38,940 nt of DNA from Patescibacteria group bacterium (GCA_034722415.1 JAYENY010000010.1:1-38940), one strand, 5' to 3'. Counted from the stretch's first letter, positions 18,411 to 30,956 are shown. The notes: generated by a model from the sequence alone, not told the origin. Program-made: numbers and translations.

Positions 18411-19110
18411 TATTGACATTTCTTTATCAGCAGAGCCAAGAGAAAAGCTGGGCGCGCAAGTTATCAATTTGCGAGAGCAAGGACTTTTGCCAGCCGTAGT
18501 TTATGGTTCAAAAACGAAAAATATAGCATTAACTTTGAATAGTCAAGAATTTGAGGGTGTTTTTAAAGATGCTGGTGAATCATCTCTAATTAATTTGAAA
18601 ATAAAAGGAGAAAAAGGAGATTTAATTGTTTTAGTACATGATATTCAAAAAGATCCTTTGTCAGGAAAAATCATTCATGTTGATTTTTATAGCCCTGACT
18701 TAAAGAAAGCGGTCAAAACCCTTATCCCATTGAGATTTGAAGGAGAATCACCAGCCATAAAGAGTCTAGGAGGTACTTTAATCAAGAATTTTCATGAATT
18801 AGAGGTTAAATCCTTGCCAACTAATATTCCCCATGAAATAATAGTGAATATTGATTCTTTAGAAGAATTAGGTAGTGAGATTTTTATTAAAGATTTAACT
18901 GTTCCTGAGGGCGCAGAGATTTTGAAAGATCCAAAAGAATTGGTGGCTTTAGTTGCTGCTCCTACAAGAGTTGAAGAAGAATTAGAAAAACCAATTGAAG
19001 AGAAAGTTGAAGAAATAGAGGGCGTGGTTAAAGAGGGAGAAGAAACAGAAGAAGAGAAAGATCAAGATAAAAAAGAAGAGCCAAAAGACGAAGAGGAAAA
19101 AGATAAATAA
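18400..19110 (+). CDS. rplY: 50S ribosomal protein L25/CTC
   Basis: LREQGLLPAVVYG, IQKDPLSGKIIHVDFY, GESPAIKSLGG, acidic tail; ATG at 18400. Confidence 0.93.
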   Translation: MVSNIDISLSAEPREKLGAQVINLREQGLLPAVVYGSKTKNIALTLNSQEFEGVFKDAGESSLINLKIKGEKGDLIVLVHDIQKDPLSGKIIHVDFYSPDLKKAVKTLIPLRFEGESPAIKSLGGTLIKNFHELEVKSLPTNIPHEIIVNIDSLEELGSEIFIKDLTVPEGAEILKDPKELVALVAAPTRVEEELEKPIEEKVEEIEGVVKEGEETEEEKDQDKKEEPKDEEEKDK

Positions 19111-19124
19111 CAAAGAACATATTC

Positions 19125-20576
19125 ATGTGGAGGGTTAAGCAAAAATTTATTTGTTTAATGGTTATATCGACACTTTTCGTGTCTTTTTTGCTTTTTAAAC
19201 CCATTTTGGCAGAAGAGAATTTAGAACAAATATGTAAACCATTTTTAGAAGAGGACAATGGTTCTTGCGGGAATATGTCTGACCAAGAGTGCCAAGTAGT
19301 GTTAAATAAGTGTCTGGATTATTATCAGGGCAGGAGTGACTATTATGGAGATAAAGTTGAAGAAACACAGAAAGAGAAGAAAACCTTTCAAAATCAGATA
19401 TATATTTTAAGAAATAAAATTAGTGGATTAAATAACGAAATCTATAAAAGTAATTTAATGGTTAAGGATATAGGTTTGCAGATTAAGGATACGCAAGCAT
19501 CTATAACAGTAAGTACTAATGACATAGGCGATGCCAAAGAAAAATTGTCTGAGTTATTGCGATTAGTCTACGAACAAGACCAGCGTTCTTTGCTAGAAAT
19601 AATGTTAGCTGAGGAAGAATTATCTGATTTTTTTGATGAGTTAGCTAATTTGGAGGCTTTAAGCTTAAGAAATCAAGATCTTCTCTCACAGATTAAGGGG
19701 CTTAAGAGAGAACTAGAAACAGAAGAGACTGCGCTAGAAGGAGAGAAAGGAGATTTAGAACAATTGGTAGTAGTACGAACGTTGCAGAAAAATCAAAGTC
19801 AAGTATTAAAAAAAGATCAGGAATCACTTTTAAAAGAAACTAAGGGTAGGGAAGACTTATATCAAGATTATTTGAAAGAAAACGAAGAAAAAGCTAATGA
19901 AATTAGGAAACAAATTTTTCAATTAGCCCAAGTTTCAGAAGAAGATGCGCCGAGTTATGAAGAAGCATATATGATAGCTGAATATGTTGAAACGGTTACT
20001 GGAGTGAGGGCAGCGCTTGTCTTGGGATTATTACAAGTTGAGTCAGCCATAGGTAAAAATGTTGGACAATGCAATTGTGCAGGGCACGCTTCCTGCAGGC
20101 ACCCAGAAATAGGGTGGAAAGAAGTAATGCGGAATACTAATAACCAATGGGATTCTTTTTTAAAGATAACTAAAGGATTAGGGCTTAATCCAGACACTAC
20201 TCCTATTTCCTGTTCTATTAGCGGAGGGAAAGTACAATGGGGCGGAGCCATGGGTCCTGCTCAGTTCATGCCAAACACTTGGCTTAATCCAAAGAATCCG
20301 GCAAATGGTTATAAAAGTAAAGTAGAAAAGATCACTGGCAAGATGGCGAATCCATGGAATGTGAGGGATGCTTTTCTTGCAGCAGGTCTTTACTTAAAAG
20401 ATTGGGGAGCTGCTAGCCAAACATTGAGAAAAGAAGTTGGGGCTGTAACAGCTTACCTCTGTGGTAGTTCTTATATGACTACTATCTGTAAAAATGCAGG
20501 AGGATATGGCTATCGTAATTTAGTTATGGAAAAAGCTGCACAATGGGAGAAATGGGCAGATGAGGGAGTGTTTTAA
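19125..20576 (+). CDS. Secreted coiled-coil lytic murein transglycosylase
   Basis: Signal/TM segment, long coiled coil, VESAIG (catalytic Glu), GGAMGPAQFMPNTW, NPWNVRDAFLAAGLYL. Confidence 0.85.
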   Translation: MWRVKQKFICLMVISTLFVSFLLFKPILAEENLEQICKPFLEEDNGSCGNMSDQECQVVLNKCLDYYQGRSDYYGDKVEETQKEKKTFQNQIYILRNKISGLNNEIYKSNLMVKDIGLQIKDTQASITVSTNDIGDAKEKLSELLRLVYEQDQRSLLEIMLAEEELSDFFDELANLEALSLRNQDLLSQIKGLKRELETEETALEGEKGDLEQLVVVRTLQKNQSQVLKKDQESLLKETKGREDLYQDYLKENEEKANEIRKQIFQLAQVSEEDAPSYEEAYMIAEYVETVTGVRAALVLGLLQVESAIGKNVGQCNCAGHASCRHPEIGWKEVMRNTNNQWDSFLKITKGLGLNPDTTPISCSISGGKVQWGGAMGPAQFMPNTWLNPKNPANGYKSKVEKITGKMANPWNVRDAFLAAGLYLKDWGAASQTLRKEVGAVTAYLCGSSYMTTICKNAGGYGYRNLVMEKAAQWEKWADEGVF

Positions 20577-20588
20577 TTTTTATTTTTT

Positions 20589-21647
20589 ATGTTGTATTTA
20601 GGATTTGGACAAAATTCCAAGCAAGAACTTTTAGAAAAAGAAAAAAATTATTGCGAAAAAGAATACAAGAATCGAAGGAAGAATATATCGTCTCCATTTA
20701 GTTTTGGAGAAGATTTTTTATTTGGGAAAGAAAGCGCTGATCCTATAAAGAGTTTGTCGGAATTTAGTAGTGCATGGCTAGATGATCCTTCTAGTTATTT
20801 AGATCTTAAAAAATATTCTTTATCTAAAATTTCCAAGAAGAATGATTTGTTCTGTTTTTCTAGCATATTAAACAAAGAAGATGACCAGGCAAATTTTTAT
20901 ACTTCTTTTTATCCAAAGGCTAGAACTAATAAAAAAGTGGTAGCTATAGTTGTTCCCCACTGGAACGCTAAGAGATCTAGATATTTATTGGGCACAAATA
21001 TTGTGCGTAATTTACTTTTGCCTCTCTCTACAGCTATATATTTTCCATCATACGAGCAAGATAATGAGATAGAATACGATATGGTTGGGCCTAATATAGG
21101 ATTGAGCTTATATCGTTTTTGGCAAGACATATTAAATTTAAAACATTTTGCAAACTATCTGAAAAATGACCTAGGCTTTGATAAAGTCGGGCTTGTTAGT
21201 TTTAGTCTTGGCAGTCCAAGAGCGTTAATGGCTACAATATTTTTAGACATAGAAATTGATTTTTTATTAATGAATTTTTTAGCGGACGATCATACTGAGG
21301 CTGTGATGAAGGGAGCATGGACACGAGAAATAGCTGAAATTATAGAGCCTCATATAGAATATGAAGAATTAAAAAAGATTTGGATGCCTATGAGTCCTGG
21401 AGCTTATACTGAATATTTTAATAAGTTGCCAAAAGCTACCTGTTTAACTCAGGGCAAATATGATTTAATTTTTGGCTTAGAGAACGCTAGAAAGATTATG
21501 AGAAAGTTTAGGCAAAATGCTCCGTTTGTTAATATTGAAGAGGGGATGTTTGGGCACGTTACAATTGCTCAATTTGAAAAATCAATACCCTTAATGATTC
21601 GGAATGCTAGGTTTATTAGAAAAAACACAGAGTTAAAGTTGATTTAA
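20589..21647 (+). CDS. Putative alpha/beta-fold hydrolase
   Basis: 352 aa; VVPHWNA, SFSLGS nucleophile elbow, YDLIF, GHVT. Confidence 0.55.
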   Translation: MLYLGFGQNSKQELLEKEKNYCEKEYKNRRKNISSPFSFGEDFLFGKESADPIKSLSEFSSAWLDDPSSYLDLKKYSLSKISKKNDLFCFSSILNKEDDQANFYTSFYPKARTNKKVVAIVVPHWNAKRSRYLLGTNIVRNLLLPLSTAIYFPSYEQDNEIEYDMVGPNIGLSLYRFWQDILNLKHFANYLKNDLGFDKVGLVSFSLGSPRALMATIFLDIEIDFLLMNFLADDHTEAVMKGAWTREIAEIIEPHIEYEELKKIWMPMSPGAYTEYFNKLPKATCLTQGKYDLIFGLENARKIMRKFRQNAPFVNIEEGMFGHVTIAQFEKSIPLMIRNARFIRKNTELKLI

Positions 21648-21792
21648 TTTCAGGGCCATAAGTTTCTTAATATTTCAACAATTAACTGAGTTGCCTGACA
21701 TTATTGTTTCTATATTACGTCAGGTTTTTTAGTTTGACACTATAGGTCTATTATGGTAGCTTATTATATCTTGTTAGAAAAAGGAGACAAGA

Positions 21793-23307
21793 ATGAACTT
21801 TAACAATCTACGAGAAGAAGCGGGAGCGAGTTTAGCGCTTGCTATTATAGGAAGCAATCTTCCTTCGGGCACGGGCATTTTGTTTACTCTAGCAGACTGG
21901 GTTGATGCCTATCTACAGACGCCGGTAGGCAATGAATCTAGAAAGGCTCTGAGGATCATCATTCTAGGAAGACTAGAAGAGGTAAATAAAACAGCCCTAA
22001 GATTTTACTTAGAATGTCAGAAGGATGGAGATGCGATCTGGACGGAAATTCTCAAAAGATTGCTCTCAAAAGCTCGAGGTTATGATGATATATCGACTCT
22101 GGCCTTAGCTACTCCTAAGCAGAGTCAAGGATATAGGGATCTTCTTCATCAACTCAAGAAGCAAGCTACGAGCTTCTACGCAAAAGTTGGGTTTTTAAAG
22201 AGATTCTCTGAGGAAGAAGAGAAAGAGGAATTTTTCGCTGAAATAGTAGTAGAGGCCGGAGAAGATGGCGATAGGCTTCGAGAGCTTTATGTGTTAGCTC
22301 AAGAAGAAGATTTAGATAAGACAGGAATCTTTTCAAAACTCCTTAAGCAGGCAAATCATTTGAATGCACTTTATTTCTTATCTAGTATTGTGACTATCGA
22401 CAGTGATGAGGAGATTAATCTGTTGAATAAAGTGTTTGGGCCAGGATTTGACTTTAATGATCGTTCCATGGCTCTAAAATGGTGGCTTGGTATTAAAACC
22501 AAGACGATATTTAGGGGCAAATTGATTGACTCTTGCAAGAGCTTTGCCGAAATAGTGTATGTGATTGAGCATCTTATTCCGACTGGTGTCACAGCGGTGT
22601 ATAATCATGCTCTAGACACAGCATTGCCATTAGCGACTAAGCTTGATCAAGTAATGTCGCTTTTAAAGCTTTGTAATAGAGATTCCCAAATCTATTGGAG
22701 GGTTTTTAAGAAGGCTAAGGGCTTGGCGCGAGGCTGCTCTTCGCTTTTAGAACTTTTGCGTTATACCGAAAAGCGGTATAGTAGCTATTCAGATATTTTG
22801 AATCGTGCTATTCCAAGGGCTAAGTCATACGAGGATTTCATGCGACTGGCTAATTATGTCGGACATTCTACGGATGATGGCAAAGAACTTCTTGAAAAAG
22901 CAAGTTACCTTTTGGATAAAGGTGGCCAAAAGTGGAGCATTCAAGATTATACCACATTCATGGAGCACTTAAGGGCTACAACAAGAAGGAAACAAGTCTT
23001 CATTTGGTTTCGCAAGAAATGTAAAGAAAATCATACGTTGATGCTTCTTTTCAATTCCACGCCGAGTTCTTGTAAGTTGGAAAGATTAGCACTTCTCAGA
23101 TTGATTAGCAAGAAATCGGGCTGGTATTATCTCTGCAGTCTACTAGATTCTTGTGAAGATAATGAACAGGAGAGAAGAGTTGTGCTTAAGGAAATCCTTA
23201 GTCCAGATCGTGATATAGGAGACTTGCTCAAGTCTCTTCAAAGCTTTTGCTTAGGTGGTAGATCCTATTCTGAGATCTTTAAGGCTATTCAGGCTAATTG
23301 CCTGTAA
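21793..23307 (+). CDS. Hypothetical all-alpha repeat-like protein
   Basis: 504 aa, Leu-rich helical periodicity; SD AAGGAG; TTGACA-17nt-TAGCTT promoter at about 21734-21762. Confidence 0.7.
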   Translation: MNFNNLREEAGASLALAIIGSNLPSGTGILFTLADWVDAYLQTPVGNESRKALRIIILGRLEEVNKTALRFYLECQKDGDAIWTEILKRLLSKARGYDDISTLALATPKQSQGYRDLLHQLKKQATSFYAKVGFLKRFSEEEEKEEFFAEIVVEAGEDGDRLRELYVLAQEEDLDKTGIFSKLLKQANHLNALYFLSSIVTIDSDEEINLLNKVFGPGFDFNDRSMALKWWLGIKTKTIFRGKLIDSCKSFAEIVYVIEHLIPTGVTAVYNHALDTALPLATKLDQVMSLLKLCNRDSQIYWRVFKKAKGLARGCSSLLELLRYTEKRYSSYSDILNRAIPRAKSYEDFMRLANYVGHSTDDGKELLEKASYLLDKGGQKWSIQDYTTFMEHLRATTRRKQVFIWFRKKCKENHTLMLLFNSTPSSCKLERLALLRLISKKSGWYYLCSLLDSCEDNEQERRVVLKEILSPDRDIGDLLKSLQSFCLGGRSYSEIFKAIQANCL

Positions 23308-23314
23308 TAACAAT

Positions 23315-23350
23315 GAGGGGATGAGTTGAAAAACTCAGCCCCTCTTTTTT
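23315..23350. terminator. Terminator between convergent genes
   Basis: GAGGGG.TGAGTT-GAAA-AACTCA.CCCCTC plus T-run. Confidence 0.75.
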
Positions 23351-24390
23351 TACAACTCTTGTAATTCGTCTATAACTTTATCTAGATTTCCTTCCATTAT
23401 TTCTTGGAGATTATGCCAGGTTTTTTTAATCCTATGATCTGTTATTCTAGATTGAGGAAAATTATATGTTCTAATTTTTTCTGATCTCTTAGCTTGGCCA
23501 ATTTGGTCTTTTCTTTTCGTGCCTAATTTTTCTGTTGCCTTCTCTTCTTGTTGTACAAGAAGTTTTGCTTGTAAAATAGATAGGGCGTTTTCTTTGTTTT
23601 GGAGTTGATTTCTTTCATTTTGAGAGGCAACTACAATTCCAGTAGGAATATGGGTAATTCTTATAGCTGTTTCTCGTTTATTTACATTTTGCCCACCGGG
23701 GCCAGAAGATCTATATGTGTCGATTTGTAAATCTTCTGTTCTAACTTGAATTTGTTTTTGAGTTGGCTTAGCTAAAACAGCTACCGAAGCAGTAGAAGTA
23801 TGAATTCTACCTTGTTTATCAGTTGTGGGAATTCTTTGAACTCGATGTACGCCTGCTTCGTGTTTAATTTTTGAAAACGCTTCTGTCCCGGAGATTTGAA
23901 ATGATATTTCCTTATACCCTCCTAATTCTGTACGATGACTGTTTAATGTTTTAACTTGCCAGTTTTTCATTTCAGAATACTTAGAATACATATTGAAAAG
24001 ATCATAAGCGAAAAGAGCAGCTTCTTCTCCTCCAGCACCGGCTCTGATTTCAACTATTATTGACTTGGGATCATTTCCTTCTCCATTAAATTTCTTTGAT
24101 GTTTTTTTTAAATCATTTTCTAGAGATGTTTTTCTCTCTAATAGATTTTTTTCTTCTTCTTGCGCTAGAGAAATCAGTTCTGCCTCTTTTCCTGTAATAA
24201 GGATTTTTTTTACTTCTTTTATTTCTTCATCAATTTTTTCTAAGTGTTTCTGTGTTTCAATTATTTTTTCGTAAATTTCTTTTTCTTTTTTAAGTTTTCC
24301 TACTTTTTTCCAATCAGAAGACGACTCAATTTGTTTGAGTTCTTCGAGAACTTTTTGATATTCAGTTTTGATTTGGGATAAATCAATCAT
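23350..24390 (-). CDS. prfA: Peptide chain release factor 1
   Basis: EIRAGAGGEEAALF, GVHRVQRIPTT (PxT motif), GPGGQNVN, RSEKIRTYNFPQSRITDHRI. Confidence 0.95.
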   Translation of the reverse strand: MIDLSQIKTEYQKVLEELKQIESSSDWKKVGKLKKEKEIYEKIIETQKHLEKIDEEIKEVKKILITGKEAELISLAQEEEKNLLERKTSLENDLKKTSKKFNGEGNDPKSIIVEIRAGAGGEEAALFAYDLFNMYSKYSEMKNWQVKTLNSHRTELGGYKEISFQISGTEAFSKIKHEAGVHRVQRIPTTDKQGRIHTSTASVAVLAKPTQKQIQVRTEDLQIDTYRSSGPGGQNVNKRETAIRITHIPTGIVVASQNERNQLQNKENALSILQAKLLVQQEEKATEKLGTKRKDQIGQAKRSEKIRTYNFPQSRITDHRIKKTWHNLQEIMEGNLDKVIDELQEL

Positions 24391-24444
24391 TTTTCTATTT
24401 TAACATAAAAACAGCTGTTTTAGCTGTTTTTTATTCTAACTAAG

Positions 24445-24669
24445 TTATTTTTTCTTTATTTTCTCCTTTTTTGCCATTCGTTCTCTGAATTTCTGAACTT
24501 GTCCCATAGCATCAATTATTCTTTCTTTTCCGGTATAAAAAGCATGACAATTAGAACAAACCTCAACTTCTATGCTTTCTTGAGTTGATCCAACCTCAAA
24601 AGTATTCCCGCATGAACAGCGGACTTGTGCTTTTGGATAATATTTTGGATGAATATCTTTCTTTGGCAT
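24445..24669 (-). CDS. rpmE: 50S ribosomal protein L31 (zinc-binding type)
   Basis: KKDIHPKY, CSCG, VEVCSNCHAFYTG. Confidence 0.96.
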   Translation of the reverse strand: MPKKDIHPKYYPKAQVRCSCGNTFEVGSTQESIEVEVCSNCHAFYTGKERIIDAMGQVQKFRERMAKKEKIKKK

Positions 24670-24789
24670 AATTATCTATATTAACAAAATTAATTTTAAT
24701 GTCAATACAAGCTTTCTTTTTAGAGAGGTAGACTAGATTGCTTGATTTAATTTTCATATAGTGATACATTAGTAATATTATAAATTTTT

Positions 24790-25518
24790 ATGACAGAGAC
24801 AAAAAAGAAAACAACTAAAAAAGGTGATTTTGGTATTAGCGTTGACGAGATGACAAAAGCAGGTGTCTATTTTGGACATCGCGTTTCTAGATGTCATCCT
24901 AAAATGAAACCACATATTTTAGGAGTGAAAGGAAGCGATCATATTAATATTATTGACCTTGATAAGACTAAGGATCTTTTAATTAAAGCTTTAGAATTTA
25001 TCCAAGAATTTATTAAAGAAGATAAGGTTTTGTTATTTGTTGGAGCAAAACTTCCTTCCAAAAAGCTTATTAAAGAAACAGCAATAGAGTGTGGTTTACC
25101 TTATGTTGTTCAGAGATGGATAGGTGGAACAATTACTAATTTTAAGATAATCAAAGAAAGGATTGATTATTTCAAGGATTTAGAAAAGAAAAAAGAAAGC
25201 GGAGAGCTTGAAAAATATACCAAAAAAGAAAGATTAGAGTTTGACAGAGAATTAGAGCGCTTAGAAGAAAAATTTGGAGGAATTAAGCAAATGACGAAAA
25301 ATCCCGATGCATTATTTGTTGTGGACATGAAAAAAGATTATTTAGCCATACGAGAAGCAAGAAGAAAAGGAATTACTGTAGTTGCTATTTCCGATACTAA
25401 TGTTGATCCGACATTGATTGATTATCCTATTCCTGCGAATGATGATGCTATAAGCTCAGTCAAATATATACTTGAACAGGTTAAAAAAGTTATAATAGAA
25501 AATAAGGTTAAGAAATAA
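24790..25518 (+). CDS. rpsB: 30S ribosomal protein S2
   Basis: AGVYFGH, HPKMKP, RWIGGTITNF, DTNVDP, IPANDDA. Confidence 0.97.
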   Translation: MTETKKKTTKKGDFGISVDEMTKAGVYFGHRVSRCHPKMKPHILGVKGSDHINIIDLDKTKDLLIKALEFIQEFIKEDKVLLFVGAKLPSKKLIKETAIECGLPYVVQRWIGGTITNFKIIKERIDYFKDLEKKKESGELEKYTKKERLEFDRELERLEEKFGGIKQMTKNPDALFVVDMKKDYLAIREARRKGITVVAISDTNVDPTLIDYPIPANDDAISSVKYILEQVKKVIIENKVKK

Positions 25519-25520
25519 TT

Positions 25521-26099
25521 ATGATTGATAAAATCAAACAACTTCGCCAAGAAACAGGCGTATCTTTGTCTTTATGTAAGAAAGCGCTTGAAGAAACAGG
25601 TGGAGAAGCTGAAAAAGCAAAAGAACTTCTTAGAAAATGGGGACAAGATTTAGCAGGTAAACGAGGGGGAAGAGACACCAGGGAAGGTGTTGTCGCATCA
25701 TATATACATGCGAATAAAAAGATCGGCGTTTTAGTTGATCTAAGATGCGAAACTGATTTTGTAGCTCGTAATGAGGATTTTCAAGCCCTAGCACATGAGA
25801 TTGCCCTGCATATTGCAGCCCTGAATCCTCTTTATGTAAGTTCAGAAGATATTCCAGAAGAGATAATTGAAAAAGAAAAGGAAATTTATAGAGAGCAAAT
25901 GATGAAAGAGAATAAGCCAAAAGATGTGATGCAAAAAATCATTGAAGGTAAGATTGAAAAATTTAAGAAAGGAGTTTGCTTAACTCATCAAGCATATATA
26001 AAAGACGATGCAAAAACTATTCAGGATTTAGTGAATGAAACTATTTCTAAATTAGGAGAGAATATTGGCATTGGTCAATTTACGAGAATAGAAATTTAA
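25521..26099 (+). CDS. tsf: Elongation factor Ts (short form)
   Basis: LRQETG, CKKAL, CETDFVARN, LGENI; follows rpsB. Confidence 0.96.
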   Translation: MIDKIKQLRQETGVSLSLCKKALEETGGEAEKAKELLRKWGQDLAGKRGGRDTREGVVASYIHANKKIGVLVDLRCETDFVARNEDFQALAHEIALHIAALNPLYVSSEDIPEEIIEKEKEIYREQMMKENKPKDVMQKIIEGKIEKFKKGVCLTHQAYIKDDAKTIQDLVNETISKLGENIGIGQFTRIEI

Positions 26100-26162
26100 A
26101 GTTTATTTCCGCGCTCGTTGCGCGTATTTATAGCGCATAATGAAGCGTTGAGAAAAATATTT

Positions 26163-26489
26163 ATGCCTAATTTACCAGCCTTAGTTACACTAGTTATTAG
26201 TTTCGGTGGAATACTTCTTTTTATTGCTAGAAAATGGCCAGAATTACAAGCAATGGAGATTTTGCCATTAAGTATTGATAGAAAACCGTTTAAAAAAAGA
26301 GCTAAAGAAAGAATGTCTGGGTTAAATCCGGCTGCAAATCTTCATACAGAAAAATTCTTAAAAAATGTGCTTCTTAAAGCTAAAGTTCTCTTTAAAAAAG
26401 GAGAAAAGAGAGCTGATCATTATTTGCGTCGAGTTTCTCATTCTGAAAAGTTTAAAGATGATTACTGGGGAAGAATGAAAAAAGATTAA
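26163..26489 (+). CDS. Hypothetical protein with N-terminal TM
   Basis: ATG 26163; hydrophobic helix followed by basic region. Confidence 0.6.
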   Translation: MPNLPALVTLVISFGGILLFIARKWPELQAMEILPLSIDRKPFKKRAKERMSGLNPAANLHTEKFLKNVLLKAKVLFKKGEKRADHYLRRVSHSEKFKDDYWGRMKKD

Positions 26490-26490
26490 T

Positions 26491-26562
26491 GCCGAGGTAG
26501 CTCAATGGTAGAGCAACGGTTTTGTAAACCGTAGGTTGGGGGTTCAAATCCTCTCCTCGGCT
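26491..26562 (+). tRNA. tRNA-Thr(TGT)
   Basis: GCCGAGG/CCTCGGC acceptor, ACGGT-TTTGTAA-ACCGT anticodon arm, GGTTCAAATCC T arm; CCA not encoded; terminator 26568-26590. Confidence 0.96.
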
Positions 26563-26607
26563 TGTTTAATCGCCAGAAGGCGGTTTTTTTGATAGAGTAA
26601 GATAAAT

Positions 26608-27315
26608 ATGGAAAATATAATTTTAGAAATTAGAAAAGAGCTTAGAAAAAATATTGAGCCTGAATATAAGAAAGGGGAGATTAGTTTTTTTAAAGAGGAA
26701 ATAAAGACATATGGCGTAAGAACTTGTGTTTCTAGAAGAATCTCAAAAGAATATTTTAAAAAAGTTAAAGATTTAGGAAAGAAGAAAGTATTTTCTCTTT
26801 GTGAGGAGCTTTTAAAATCTGGATATATTCAAGAGATTGGAATTGCTTTTCGTTGGGCTTTTAGATTTAAGGATCAGTACGAAAAAAAAGATTTTAAAAT
26901 TTTTGAAAAATGGCTCAAAAAATATGTTTCTAATTGGGCAAATTGCGATGATTTTTGTACTCACAATCTGGGATATTTTCTTGCTGAATTTCCTGAATTT
27001 ATTCCTATAATTAAATTATGGACTAAGTCAAAAGATAGATGGACAAGAAGAGCCTCAGCTGTAATCTTTATTTATCCTGTGAGGCATAAAAAATATCTCA
27101 AAGATGTTTTTGAGATAGCTGATCTTCTTTTATTGGACCAAGATTATATGGTCCAAAAAGGATATGGCTGGATGTTGAAAGAAGCGAGCAATATTTACCC
27201 TAAAGAAGTTTTTAATTTTGTGATGAAAAATAAGGACAAAATGCCGCGTACCGCATTAAGATATGCTATTGAAAAATATCCAAATAATCTTAGAAAGAAA
27301 GCAATGGAAAAATAG
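26608..27315 (+). CDS. DNA alkylation repair protein (AlkD-like)
   Basis: YGVR, NWANCDDF, WTRRAS, YMVQKGYGWMLKE, MPRTALRYAIEK. Confidence 0.9.
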   Translation: MENIILEIRKELRKNIEPEYKKGEISFFKEEIKTYGVRTCVSRRISKEYFKKVKDLGKKKVFSLCEELLKSGYIQEIGIAFRWAFRFKDQYEKKDFKIFEKWLKKYVSNWANCDDFCTHNLGYFLAEFPEFIPIIKLWTKSKDRWTRRASAVIFIYPVRHKKYLKDVFEIADLLLLDQDYMVQKGYGWMLKEASNIYPKEVFNFVMKNKDKMPRTALRYAIEKYPNNLRKKAMEK

Positions 27316-27396
27316 AGGACATTAATTATATTTTTTCATATTTTTTAAATAAAACCCTTCAAAACAGAAGGATTTTGTTTTTATAACAGTTGTTAT

Positions 27397-28326
27397 TTAT
27401 TTTGAGAAAACTAAAGCAGCCACCCCAAGAAGAACTATATTTTCTTTTAGGGGAGTGATAATAATTTTTGGAGGAATTAAGAATTTATCAATATTCTTTT
27501 TAATATAAGGGAGAATAAACTTTTTATTATTTAGAATTACAGCACCGCCAAGTGTAATCATTTCTGGACTATAGGCAACAATGACATTAGAGATTCCTCT
27601 GGCATTGATTCGTCCGACTTCTTCTATAAATTTTAAAATTGTCTTATCCTTTTGTTTTGCTAAAACAAAAATATCTTCTGCCGCCTTAATTGAATGTTTT
27701 TTCTTTATATTATTAGATTTTATCCAATATTTTAAAAAGCGGACGAGATTATTGCCAGAACAATAGCCTTCCCAGTGTCCGTGTCCTCTTTTACAGCTGC
27801 ACAGGAGGCTATATTTTGTGTCCACAATAAAATGTCCGACTTCTGTAGCATTATGATTATGTCCAATTAAAAAATGATTGTCCACAATAGCTCCGCTTCC
27901 AATGCCTGACGATATGGACACATAAACTAAATTTTTATATTTTTTGCCAGCACCAAAAGTTTTTTCTCCCCAAGTAGCAGCCGAACAATCATTGAATAAA
28001 TAAACTGGCAAATTAAAATATTTTTTTAACGGCTCTACAAGAGGAATATTTTTAAATGGAATATTTGAAGAATTAAAAATTTTTCCAGACTTATAATCTA
28101 GAGGACCAGCAGAACCAATCCCAATTCCTAAAATTTGTTTTTTAGATTGATTGCTAATTATGGCGTTAATAAGAAGAATAATTTTTTTAGAAATAACTAT
28201 TCCAGAGGTTCCTTTTTTAGGAGTTTTTGCTATTAAGCTTTTTAAAATTTTCCCCTTTTTTGAGACTAATGCTATTCGTAAGTTTGAAGCACCTAAGTCA
28301 ACTGCAATTACTAAATCTTTTTTCAT
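27397..28326 (-). CDS. ROK-family sugar kinase (glucokinase-like)
   Basis: VDLGASNLR, GIGSAGP, NDCSAATWGE, SSGIGSG, EVGH, CSCKRGHGHWEGYCSG. Confidence 0.9.
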   Translation of the reverse strand: MKKDLVIAVDLGASNLRIALVSKKGKILKSLIAKTPKKGTSGIVISKKIILLINAIISNQSKKQILGIGIGSAGPLDYKSGKIFNSSNIPFKNIPLVEPLKKYFNLPVYLFNDCSAATWGEKTFGAGKKYKNLVYVSISSGIGSGAIVDNHFLIGHNHNATEVGHFIVDTKYSLLCSCKRGHGHWEGYCSGNNLVRFLKYWIKSNNIKKKHSIKAAEDIFVLAKQKDKTILKFIEEVGRINARGISNVIVAYSPEMITLGGAVILNNKKFILPYIKKNIDKFLIPPKIIITPLKENIVLLGVAALVFSK

Positions 28327-28444
28327 AAATTATTTCTTAATTTAATATTTAAATTTGTTTTGCCCTCCCCCACCTTTATTTCTAAAGAGAAGAGAGACAC
28401 ACAAGATGGGGGAGGGGAGAGACTTGGTTAAATTATTCTAACAC

Positions 28445-28507
28445 TTGACAAAAATTTTTAAAAGAATACAATTGAAAAATACTCTAAACGAGTAAGAACT
28501 TTAATAA
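28445..28507 (+). promoter_or_regulatory. rRNA sigma70 promoter and boxA-like element
   Basis: TTGACA (28445)-16 nt-TACAAT (28467); GAACTTTAATAA at 28496-28507. Confidence 0.75.
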
Positions 28508-28568
28508 TTGAATATTAAAAATAAGTGAATTCAAGTGTTAGTGAATTTTTAGAGTTGTTCCGACTATT

Positions 28569-30497
<1,929 letters not shown>

Positions 30498-30607
30498 TTT
30501 ATTCTATTTTATATAGGATGAAGTGTCGTCTAGTGTTGAAAATCGAGAATTCTATTTTCAACACTAAAGATGTTAATCGAGTCATCTTAAAAATCGATTG
30601 TCGACAT

Positions 30608-30630
30608 GTCGGAACAACTCTAAGAATTCA
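30608..30630 (+). other. 3' arm of 16S processing stem
   Basis: GTCGGAACAACTCTAAGAATTCA is complementary to leader TGAATTTTTAGAGTTGTTCCGAC (28542-28564), with one G-U pair. Confidence 0.85.
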
Positions 30631-30708
30631 ACACTGAATATGAAAAGCGCTTTTAGCGCTTTTTTGTTGATATTTAAAGATTTATTTGTTATTATGCAAA
30701 AGTGAAAT

Positions 30709-30783
<75 letters not shown>

Positions 30784-30803
30784 CATTGGGTCAATATTTA
30801 AAA

Positions 30804-30877
30804 GGGCCGTTAGCTTAGTTTGGTAGAGCGCCTCGTTTGCAACGAGGAGGTCGCCAGTTCGAATCTGGCACGGTCCA
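30804..30877 (+). tRNA. tRNA-Ala(TGC)
   Basis: GGGCCGT/ACGGTCC acceptor with G3:U70; CCTCG-TTTGCAA-CGAGG anticodon arm. Confidence 0.96.
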
Positions 30878-30956
30878 CCTTTTTTTAACAAAAAGTTCTA
30901 ACATCGTACACCTACCGACCAATCATACAGGAGAGCTAACTAACTGATTTAATCCA

